Origin: an uncultured Acidobacteriota bacterium
GTDB lineage: Bacteria > Acidobacteriota > Vicinamibacteria > Vicinamibacterales > UBA2999
NCBI GenBank assembly: GCA_963772955.1
Contig: CAVYZF010000001.1
Span: forward strand, 147,860-211,859
Length of the DNA stretch: 64,000 bases
Direction: 5' to 3'
In this document: piece by piece, positions 9,042 through 16,595 of the stretch
Position numbering within the stretch: the first letter of the stretch is position 1
Layout of the letters: each line of letters opens with the position of its first letter
The notes under the pieces: model-generated
Seen by the model: the letters and a program-made list of their open reading frames with translations, nothing else
The model's database searches: none
What the model was told of the DNA's origin: nothing
Translations under genes and position numbers: made by a program

Positions 9042-10856
9042 ATGCTGTCGATAATCGAGCGTTTTGAGATAGATCCGGAACGGCGGCTGGCGGCAGCCTT
9101 GCAAGAACCTCGTCATCGTTCCCGTGCGGTTCTACGGGAATCGACGCTGATGTCGAACACCGAGAACCCGTCACTCGTGGCCCAGGAACCCTCGTCGTTC
9201 GAAATTGCTGTTCGTGACCGGTCGTGGGACTGGTTGCTTGAGCTGCGTCGACGGCTGAAGGTAGACCTCCTGCTCGTGGATAGCCGTCCGTCCGTGTTGC
9301 TCCCGACGTTGGGTGATCAGGCGGCGAGGCTCTCGGCAATGCTGGAGCATGGGGAGGGCGCTCTCTTGACCGCGATCGGTGCCTCACTCAGGGAACGCAC
9401 TTCCCAGGCGCTCGATCTCGGCGGACTGCAAATCATTTGTGTCCCAGTTGTCACGGAGCGCAACGCGTGCGGTGTGCTTCTGGTCGGACGGGTGAATCCC
9501 TCTCGTCTGGACACAACGGCATCACGCTCGCAACTGGAACTCGTCGCATCGTGGTTGACGGCGGCGGTGGATGCGCACCTCCTCAGCCCGCCAGCGTTTC
9601 CGTCGAGTGGCTTGAACCGTGTCGCACCGCTCGCGCAACTCCTTGGACAAGCTTCCGATCGTGAGTCGGACAGAGAGTTGATCCGACTGTTTGGTGAGGC
9701 GATCGCTGTGTGGCACGACATCGAGGTCAGTGGATACGTCGAGACAACGGCAGGTGTGTTTGCTCGCGACGTCACACTTCCCGGGACGAAGAAAGGCGAG
9801 AGGCCTGCAGTAATTCCGTCGGTGGGTTTACCCGATTCAACAGATCTTGCTCGCTTGCCGCAAGGCCATCTCGATCGATTTGGCCTGCCGGTCAACGACG
9901 ACGTCTTCGTGCGTCGCTTCAAGGGCAAAGACGGACGTTCGTGGCTGATGGTGTTCACGGGTGAGATCGGCGTGTACGATCTCCAACGCATCGGCGCCTA
10001 TGTCGCTCTACTCGATTTAGCGCTGTCACTCTCGACGAGCTCACTCACGTCGCGATTGACGAAGACGATCGCGGCTTGTCTTGCGACTGTCGACGCGGCG
10101 GAGACACAGGCGGCGCACGCGCTCGAGGAATTACGCACCGCGCTCGGCGCTGCCGCGGCGACGTTGACCATCGAATCGAGTGCTGGAGTGCCCGCACTTC
10201 GTGTCACGTCACCTGCGGGTGCGTCGGAAGTCGATACCGACACAAATGCGTTTCGACTCGTGCTCGTCAAACGCTCAGAACGGCATTACACTACGACCGT
10301 TTCGCTGGGACGCAATGAGAGCTTGCAGTTCACACCGAGGGATCACGCAGCAGCAAGTGTCGCGGCCACCATGTTCGATACATGGGCACCGGCGGCTCTC
10401 GGAGCAGCGCGCAAACGTCACGAACGGCGGTCGGCACCGCGCGGTTTCACAGAAATTCTCCAACGGTCTGCGGGTGAAGCGTTCGAGCGGGGAGCGCCCG
10501 TCGCGGTTGTCGTGCTCCTTATTCGCGACGCAGCATCGCTGCCTGGATCGACGCAGCGCTGGGTCGCGGGAATTCGAGCGCAGATGCGTGCATCCGATCT
10601 GGCGGGGTCGCTCGGTGAAGGAGAGATCGGCCTGCTGATGATCGACACGAGCGCCGAGCAGGCGAAGAGCATCGCCGAGCGTCTCAGAGCAGTTGTGGGG
10701 GGAAACCCTGGCGACGAGTCGATTCTCGTTGGTGTCGCCGCGCGGAATCCGGAACAAAATACGGTTGATGGCATCGTTCAGGACGCTCGCGAGGATGCGC
10801 TCGCCGGTACACGGCGCAGGCGATCGTCTGATTCTCCTCACGGAGTGAACCGCTGA
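9042..10856 (+). CDS. Large signalling protein with C-terminal degenerate GGDEF domain that retains an RxxD I-site
   Basis: The C-terminal ~170 aa look GGDEF-like (APVAVVVLLIRD...RASDLAGSLGEGEIGLLMIDTS...AERLRAVV). The GG[DE]EF position reads GEGEI, while RASD lies exactly 5 residues upstream, which is I-site geometry. The N-terminal ~400 aa have GAF-like stretches and are otherwise unassigned. The start is uncertain; an alternative ATG is at 9150 (MSNTENP). Confidence 0.4.
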   Translation: MLSIIERFEIDPERRLAAALQEPRHRSRAVLRESTLMSNTENPSLVAQEPSSFEIAVRDRSWDWLLELRRRLKVDLLLVDSRPSVLLPTLGDQAARLSAMLEHGEGALLTAIGASLRERTSQALDLGGLQIICVPVVTERNACGVLLVGRVNPSRLDTTASRSQLELVASWLTAAVDAHLLSPPAFPSSGLNRVAPLAQLLGQASDRESDRELIRLFGEAIAVWHDIEVSGYVETTAGVFARDVTLPGTKKGERPAVIPSVGLPDSTDLARLPQGHLDRFGLPVNDDVFVRRFKGKDGRSWLMVFTGEIGVYDLQRIGAYVALLDLALSLSTSSLTSRLTKTIAACLATVDAAETQAAHALEELRTALGAAAATLTIESSAGVPALRVTSPAGASEVDTDTNAFRLVLVKRSERHYTTTVSLGRNESLQFTPRDHAAASVAATMFDTWAPAALGAARKRHERRSAPRGFTEILQRSAGEAFERGAPVAVVVLLIRDAASLPGSTQRWVAGIRAQMRASDLAGSLGEGEIGLLMIDTSAEQAKSIAERLRAVVGGNPGDESILVGVAARNPEQNTVDGIVQDAREDALAGTRRRRSSDSPHGVNR

Positions 10857-11176
10857 TGGCGCTCGGGGATCGGCGTTCTCGCGTGCGACTGGAAGTCATC
10901 GGCGCTCTTTGGGCGACACTGGAGTTGACCGAGCCGGCGCGTGTGGTCAACATCAGCCGCGACGGTGCGCTCATCACTTCACCAGTGCCGATGCCGCCAG
11001 AATCAGTGCAGCCTCTGCACTTGAAGCTCGAAGGACGCGAGGTGACTGTCGATGCGCGCGTTCGTCACATCCGTCGAGTGTCCGGGCCCGACGAGCCCAT
11101 TCGATACCTTGTAGGCGTCGAGTTTCTTTCCCCTCCGCCAGCCCTTGTCCGAGCGTCGGACTGTCCTCAGGTATAG
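10856..11176 (+). CDS. Stand-alone PilZ-domain protein
   Basis: RxxxR (RSRVR) and NxSxxG (NISRDG) motifs; 106 aa. The ATG overlaps the upstream stop (TGATG 10854-10858), so the two genes are probably translationally coupled. Confidence 0.7.
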   Translation: MALGDRRSRVRLEVIGALWATLELTEPARVVNISRDGALITSPVPMPPESVQPLHLKLEGREVTVDARVRHIRRVSGPDEPIRYLVGVEFLSPPPALVRASDCPQV

Positions 11177-11349
11177 GGAGCGTTCTCGGAGGCAGGCCGA
11201 CGGAGGGAAAGTCTTCCCTGCTGAGTGTCTTAGCCCAGATTCGCCCAGACTTTCTGAGGACCGATCCTCGCGCGAAAGTCTCCTAAGACAGACCCATAAG
11301 TCCTTGAGTTACATAGCCTTGTTTTGGTAGACAAACGTCTACCGGAGTT

Positions 11350-11365
11350 TGGCGACTCGCTTGCA
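11350..11365 (+). promoter_or_regulatory. Candidate sigma-54 (-24/-12) promoter TGGCGA-N5-TTGCA
   Basis: TGGCGACTCGCTTGCA has GG and GC in the canonical positions of TGGCACG-N4-TTGCW, with exact spacing. It lies 76 nt upstream of the PilZ ATG at 11441. The predicted start is near 11376. Confidence 0.55.
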
Positions 11366-11440
11366 CTTCTAAACGGAAGCCTCAGAGCGGCAGGACATAC
11401 GGTCGGCCGCGAGAGGTTCGGCAGGTGACAGAGGAGTGGG

Positions 11441-11752
11441 ATGGAGGAACGGCGACGCGTCGCACGCCACCAGGTGAGCGAGGAATTCGCGAACCTGCCG
11501 GCCAACATGAGCGTGCGGGTACTCGACATCAGTACCGCAGGAGTGCTCCTGCAGTCTCCGCGGTTGCTCAATCCGGGCTCCCGCGGAAGCCTCCGCTTCA
11601 CGTTGGCTGGGGCACCGTTTCTGGCAGACATTCAGGTTCGACGCGTAACCCCAGGATCGGATGCAGGTTCCGGGTATCGGATTGGAGCCACGTTTGTTGG
11701 GATGACGCTGGAACACCGGCAGCTCATTGAACGGTTCATGAACAATGATTGA
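11441..11752 (+). CDS. Stand-alone PilZ-domain protein, translationally coupled to a sigma-54 activator
   Basis: RxxxR (RRVAR) and DxSxxG (DISTAG) motifs; 103 aa. A GAGGAG Shine-Dalgarno-like sequence precedes the ATG. Stop TGA 11750-11752 overlaps the ATG at 11745 of the next gene. Confidence 0.75.
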   Translation: MEERRRVARHQVSEEFANLPANMSVRVLDISTAGVLLQSPRLLNPGSRGSLRFTLAGAPFLADIQVRRVTPGSDAGSGYRIGATFVGMTLEHRQLIERFMNND

Positions 11753-12863
11753 TGGTGTCGCTGAAAGCAGCTCTCGGGTCAGCACGATCGGTGCGATCCG
11801 GCCGCGTTCGCATGTCCAACTGACCGGCCGCAGCGCAGAGGTCACGGCACTCGAGCAGGAGATCGACCGCGTCGCCCGGTCCGACGCAAAGGTTCTGGTC
11901 ACAGGCGAGAGCGGAGTTGGCAAGGAAATCGTGGCGCGCGCGATCCACTCGCGCGGACCGCGAGCGAGCCATGTCTTCGCACCAGTCAATTGCGCTGGTT
12001 TGCCTGAGACGCTCCTCGAGTCCGAACTGTTTGGTCACGTGAAGGGCAGCTTCACAGGCGCTTACCGCGACAAACCAGGAAAGCTCGAGACTGCCCACAT
12101 GGGCACGATCTTCCTGGACGAAGTCGGCGAGATGACGCTGCGGATGCAGGGTCTTCTCCTGCGCTTCCTCGAGACGGGTGAGTTACAGAAGGTTGGCGCC
12201 GATGGCAGTGGCCGCATCGTCAACGTCCGCGTGATCGCAGCGACCAATCGCGACCTGCGCGACATGATCAAGCAGGGGACGTTCAGAGAGGACCTGTTCT
12301 ACCGTCTGAACGTCATTCACATCGTTGTGCCGCCGCTGCGGGATCGTCGTGAAGACATCCCCGTTCTGGCGAGTCAGTTCTTGACGCAATTCACCGCTGC
12401 GGGACGCTCATCGATCACGACGATCTCGCCAGAGGCTATGAAAGCGCTCACCGAGTACTCGTGGCCGGGGAACGTGCGCGAGCTCGAGAACGTGATCGAG
12501 CGACTCGTGGTGACGGTGAGTGGTTCGGCGATCGGCGTCGAACACCTGTCGTCTGAAATCAGAGCCTACGATGCGGTCCTTCTGCGTCCGAAGCGAGAGC
12601 GTCGCCGGACAGTAGCCGACGACCTTTACAAGCGGATGATTGAACAACATGAGTCCTTCTGGACGGCCGTATATCCGCTGTTCATGGACAGAGAAATCAC
12701 TCGCGCGAACGTTCGCGAGGTCGTGCGTCGGGGACTCGAGGAAGCACGGGGCAACTACAAGATTGTCGCGCGGCTCTTCAACATGGAAGCGCGCGACTAC
12801 AAGCGATTCCTCAACTTCCTTCGGAAGCACGACTGCCAGATTCCGTTCAAGGAATACCGCTAG
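11745..12863 (+). CDS. Sigma-54-dependent transcriptional activator (bEBP) without N-terminal sensory domain
   Basis: AAA+ sigma-54 interaction domain with Walker A GESGVGKE, a GSFTGA loop (GAFTGA variant), Walker B IFLDEVGEM and RVIAATNRDL...FREDLFYRLNV. Only about 55 aa precede Walker A. The C-terminal helical DNA-binding-like tail reads GNYKIVARLFNMEARDYKRFLNFLRKH. Confidence 0.85.
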   Translation: MIDGVAESSSRVSTIGAIRPRSHVQLTGRSAEVTALEQEIDRVARSDAKVLVTGESGVGKEIVARAIHSRGPRASHVFAPVNCAGLPETLLESELFGHVKGSFTGAYRDKPGKLETAHMGTIFLDEVGEMTLRMQGLLLRFLETGELQKVGADGSGRIVNVRVIAATNRDLRDMIKQGTFREDLFYRLNVIHIVVPPLRDRREDIPVLASQFLTQFTAAGRSSITTISPEAMKALTEYSWPGNVRELENVIERLVVTVSGSAIGVEHLSSEIRAYDAVLLRPKRERRRTVADDLYKRMIEQHESFWTAVYPLFMDREITRANVREVVRRGLEEARGNYKIVARLFNMEARDYKRFLNFLRKHDCQIPFKEYR

Positions 12864-12895
12864 CAATATCCCCGCTCCCCACAGCAGCGACCACG

Positions 12896-12927
12896 GAGGT
12901 CTTGGTTTGTGCATAATCCAAGACCTC
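12896..12927 (+). terminator. Hairpin downstream of the activator gene (10-bp stem GAGGTCTTGG / CCAAGACCTC, 12-nt loop)
   Basis: A perfect inverted repeat 33 nt after stop 12863. No clear U-tract follows, so its function as an intrinsic terminator is uncertain. Confidence 0.35.
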
Positions 12928-13028
12928 GATCGCTTGTGAGGTGCTTCCTGGACGTTGATCGATCCGCCGTCGACTCACAGGACGAGCCTTCAGTGAAAAG
13001 GTGAGAATCAGGCGATTTTCGCGTCCAA

Positions 13029-13043
13029 GGGCACGCTTGTTGC
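13029..13043 (+). promoter_or_regulatory. Candidate sigma-54 promoter GGGCACG-N4-TTGC
   Basis: gGGCACGcttgTTGCc matches TGGCACG-N4-TTGC at every conserved position except the first T. It lies 80 nt upstream of the GTG start at 13123, which is preceded by GGGAG. The predicted start is near 13055. Confidence 0.6.
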
Positions 13044-13122
13044 CACCTCATCCTGGCGTGGAAGGGGACGCTGTCTATCTGGCGTTGGTACAAGGGAATA
13101 TCGATAGAACCCAGGGAGTTTC

Positions 13123-14664
13123 GTGAGCAGCGATTCCCAGAGAGGGAACGATTATCTTCCCGCCGGAGGATTTCATCGCATTGTGTCAGCCGATGAGCCT
13201 GGGCCATGCAGTCGGCGCCTTAGCCGCGAACAGCGTCGAGCCGTGCTCGAAGTACGGGAAAAGGTCAGCGCCAAAGACCGGCCGCAAGAGTTTCTGCAAG
13301 ACCTCGTCACCCTGATCGGGCAGATCATCCGCGTCAAGGTTGCGGTCGCTGGTAAACGAGGCCGATCCTGGGTGATCGGCGCGGAGTCGACCGCCGAACC
13401 TCCGATTACTGTTTACGCCGCCGGCGGGCCACATCCTTTCGATCGCATGAGCGCCACTCCGGGCCTTCGCGTGGAGCTGTGGCGAACGATTGATCGAGAC
13501 TGGACGCTCGTAAGCCTGTCAAGTCAGCCCGATCCGCCGGTCATCCTGGTACTCGATGGCGACTGGACACCGTGCGCGCTCGTCTTTCGAGATCTCGCCC
13601 GGAGCTTCTTCGTCGGCGATCGTGCAGAGGAGTCCTCGAGTCCCGGTGTCGATGCCATCTCCCAACATCTGACCCGCGCTCTCGCGGATACCTCAGGGCT
13701 TGCTGCCGTCGGAGAAGTGGTGCTGCATCACGTCGTGCAGGCGGTGCCGAGCGGAATGGCTTCACTTGCTGTGGCTGCGGCCGACGGCGAGCTGTCGATT
13801 GTCGCCACACATGGCTATCCGCGTGCCCTCGTGGAGCACCTTCGAATTCCAGCAGGGAGCGGCGTCATCGGCGCGGTTCACGTCTCGAGAATGCCATTGC
13901 TCGTGCCAGATGTCGCGGCCACACCAGGCTTGGACCGGCGTCGCTCGCGCTATCGAACAGGATCCTTTGCGGCGGTTCCTATCGTCGCCGGCGCTGAATC
14001 TCTGGGTGTCGTATCGCTCACCGATCGCCTCACGCCTGGTCCATATACAACTGAAGATCTCAACGCCCTGGCAGTACTCCTGGCTCCCGCTGCTCTCGCG
14101 CTCGGAAGAGAGCGCGTATGGCGAGAGGCCCAGGCGTACGCGCAGGCCGCTGTGATTGATCCGGTAAGCGGATTGTTCAACCGAAGATACTTCCAGGCGC
14201 GGCTCGATGAAGAACTCCAGCGCGCGATTCGTCAGCTGACGTCGGTCGCGCTGCTAATGGTCGATCTCGATGGGTTCAAGAGCATCAACGATCGCTTCGG
14301 GCACGTCGCAGGCGATCTCGTGATACGCGACATCTCCGAGATTCTCCGTCGCTCAGTCCGCATCTTCGATGTTTGCACTCGCTTTGGCGGTGAGGAATTC
14401 GCCGTGATGATGCCGGGAGGAACGGCGGAAAGCGCGGGAACGATCGCGGAGCGCATCCGCGAGCGAGTAGAGGCTTACCAGAGAAGCGAATCCGATCTCT
14501 CCGACCTCAGCGTGACCGCCAGCATTGGCGTCGCCGTGTCTCCACCGGGCGTGACCGCCCGCGACTTGATAGAGAGAGCTGATCGAGCCCTCTACCATGC
14601 GAAGAAGGCAGGGAAGAATCGCGTCAGCACCGCGACCAGCGACGGCAGTGTTCTGCCTGCCTAG
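13123..14664 (+). CDS. GAF-GGDEF diguanylate cyclase (GGEEF active site, RxxD I-site present)
   Basis: GAF-like segment (...GSGVIGAVHVSRMPLLVPDV...AVPIVAGAESLGVVSLTDR). GGDEF domain with DPVSGLFNRRYF, LLMVDLDGFKSINDRFGH and RIFDVCTRFGGEEFAVMMPG (RxxD 5 residues before GGEEF). Confidence 0.85.
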   Translation: MSSDSQRGNDYLPAGGFHRIVSADEPGPCSRRLSREQRRAVLEVREKVSAKDRPQEFLQDLVTLIGQIIRVKVAVAGKRGRSWVIGAESTAEPPITVYAAGGPHPFDRMSATPGLRVELWRTIDRDWTLVSLSSQPDPPVILVLDGDWTPCALVFRDLARSFFVGDRAEESSSPGVDAISQHLTRALADTSGLAAVGEVVLHHVVQAVPSGMASLAVAAADGELSIVATHGYPRALVEHLRIPAGSGVIGAVHVSRMPLLVPDVAATPGLDRRRSRYRTGSFAAVPIVAGAESLGVVSLTDRLTPGPYTTEDLNALAVLLAPAALALGRERVWREAQAYAQAAVIDPVSGLFNRRYFQARLDEELQRAIRQLTSVALLMVDLDGFKSINDRFGHVAGDLVIRDISEILRRSVRIFDVCTRFGGEEFAVMMPGGTAESAGTIAERIRERVEAYQRSESDLSDLSVTASIGVAVSPPGVTARDLIERADRALYHAKKAGKNRVSTATSDGSVLPA

Positions 14665-14991
14665 GACGTTTCCTTAATTGTCGGGCTCGAGTGGCTTGTC
14701 GCCGTTAGAGCTCTGGTACCCTCCTGAATTCAGCCCAACCCTAGGTTCCTGAGAAGTTGTGGCATTTGCGTGACCTCTGCCGTGAGATAATCCACGCAAA
14801 CTTATGCATAAGCTGGTGTTCCTGCACATGACCAAAGAATCGTTAATCTAGTGATTGTCGCTCGATACGCGGATTTGGCGCAGAAGTGTGATCTTTGACA
14901 CGACTTTAGCGGACTTTACCGTTGACCTTAGTCGCTTCAAAAAGGCAGACTTATTCCCTCCTGCTTATCTGAGATATTTGGAGTCATTGAG

Positions 14992-16185
14992 ATGTCGACA
15001 TTGTCCTCACCCCGAACACCCCGTAATCTTCCCCTGCTTCTTGGCGAGAGCCCAGCGATCACCTCGCTCCGGCGAGAGATCGAGGCAGCAGCTCGAACGG
15101 ACGCTAAGGTCCTGGTGCTGGGGGAGACGGGAGCCGGGAAGGAAGTCGTTGCGCGACTAATCCACGAACACAGCACGAGATCCGCGCGAGGTTTCGTTGC
15201 AGTGAACTGTAGTGGTATTCCGGAAACGCTGCTCGAATCGGAACTGTTCGGTCATACGCGGGGAAGCTTCACAGGCGCGTATCGTGACAAGCCCGGACTT
15301 GTCCGTCAGGCCGACCGGGGGACCTTGTTCCTCGACGAACTCGGCGAGATGAGCTTGCGCATGCAGGCAGTTCTGCTGAGATTTGCGGAGACGGGCGAGA
15401 TCCAGACCATCGGTGTCGATGGCGTTACCGGTCGCTCCGATGTCCGCCTGATCACGGCGACGAACCGCAACCTGCGTGAGCGCATCGACGCGGGCGTCTT
15501 CCGCGAGGATCTCTACTTCCGCCTCAACATCATTCAGATTCATGTCCCGGCGCTGCGCGAGCGCCCGGAAGACGTGATGCTGTTGTTGCGACACTACCTC
15601 CGCAAGGCAAGTGAGACGCATCGCCTCCATTGCCCCGAGCTGACGTCAGAGGCTGAGCAGGTGCTCAGCGCGTACGCCTGGCCTGGAAATGTCCGCGAGC
15701 TGAAGAATCTTGCCGAGCGACTCGTCGTACGGGAGTGGGATCGACCGATCGCTCCCGAAGATCTCCCGACGGAGATTCGCGGTAGCCGCGACGCCGTCTC
15801 GGTCATGCCGAGCTCCAACGTCGTGTTCAATCAGGAATCGGTTCCAACGGCCCGTCGCCTCGAGCGTGGCTCAGGTGCCGCCGATCGACTGTGGGACCGC
15901 TTAATCGCGGGCGAGAACTTCTGGACTGTCGTGCACCAGCCATTCAAGGCACACGAGCTGACCCGTGACGATCTCGCGGCGCTGATTCACCGCGGCCTCG
16001 AGCACACTCGCGGTAGCTATCGGGCCTTGCTCGGTGTGTTTGGCTTGCCCCCGACCGACTACAAGCGCTTCCACGCGTTCTTGTATCAGCAGAACTGCAA
16101 TTTGCCTGTAGGACCGTATCGCACGGCGCGCGCAACGTTGCGTCGGCAGGATCGTCCGCCGTCCGTCTACACCCCGGCCTGCTAG
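14992..16185 (+). CDS. Second sensor-less sigma-54-dependent activator (paralog of 11745-12863)
   Basis: Walker A GETGAGKE, GSFTGAYRDKPG loop, LFLDELGEM and VRLITATNRNL...FREDLYFRLNI. About 45 aa precede Walker A. The C-terminal tail (GSYRALLGVFGLPPTDYKRFHAFLYQQNC) has the same unusual type as the first activator. Confidence 0.85.
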   Translation: MSTLSSPRTPRNLPLLLGESPAITSLRREIEAAARTDAKVLVLGETGAGKEVVARLIHEHSTRSARGFVAVNCSGIPETLLESELFGHTRGSFTGAYRDKPGLVRQADRGTLFLDELGEMSLRMQAVLLRFAETGEIQTIGVDGVTGRSDVRLITATNRNLRERIDAGVFREDLYFRLNIIQIHVPALRERPEDVMLLLRHYLRKASETHRLHCPELTSEAEQVLSAYAWPGNVRELKNLAERLVVREWDRPIAPEDLPTEIRGSRDAVSVMPSSNVVFNQESVPTARRLERGSGAADRLWDRLIAGENFWTVVHQPFKAHELTRDDLAALIHRGLEHTRGSYRALLGVFGLPPTDYKRFHAFLYQQNCNLPVGPYRTARATLRRQDRPPSVYTPAC

Positions 16186-16206
16186 CGAAGACCGACTCAG
16201 AAGTAA

Positions 16207-16232
16207 GCGGGAGCGACACGAGTCGCTCTCGC
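16207..16232. terminator. Hairpin between convergent genes (11-bp stem including one G-U pair, 4-nt loop)
   Basis: GCGGGAGCGAC-ACGA-GTCGCTCTCGC lies between stop 16185 (+) and stop 16239 (-). This is a plausible bidirectional terminator. Confidence 0.45.
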
Positions 16233-16238
16233 TTCCAC

Positions 16239-16595
16239 TTAAAGCTCGTCCTCAATTAGCGTATTCAGTCCGATGTGTCCGTCATGCACGTCGAAGTCGT
16301 ACATCAAGGCCTGCTCGAAGCAGTCAAAGAATCGGGACCCAAGTTCGGTGTGTGCGGGGTGCTCGAGGTAGGCGCGAAGACCCGCGAGATCTTCGAATTC
16401 GAGTACGGCCGCGTGCGTGTAGTCCTCACGCATGAGTTGTTCGTACGCGCGCCCGTGCGTGCGTCGCCGCCCGATTCGGGCTCGTTTGATCGTACCGATG
16501 TTGTCGATCGCGCTGGCGAACGCCTTCGCGAGTGCTTGTCGCTGATCTTCTCCGAGTCCAGATCTCGGCCTGAACAACACGATGTGAAGAATCAT
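16239..16595 (-). CDS. Dabb-family (stress-responsive alpha/beta barrel) protein
   Basis: MILHIVLFRPRSGL...AFASAIDNIGTIKRARIGRR...AAVLEFEDLAGLRAYLEHPAH is a typical Dabb pattern. 118 aa. Confidence 0.6.
   Translation of the reverse strand: MILHIVLFRPRSGLGEDQRQALAKAFASAIDNIGTIKRARIGRRRTHGRAYEQLMREDYTHAAVLEFEDLAGLRAYLEHPAHTELGSRFFDCFEQALMYDFDVHDGHIGLNTLIEDEL

Noticed and set aside
14814-14826. TGGTGTTCCTGCA upstream of the second activator gene
   Set aside because: The GG-to-GC distance is 3 nt shorter than the sigma-54 consensus. Other TGGC-containing sites in 14665-14991 also lack a correctly placed GC.
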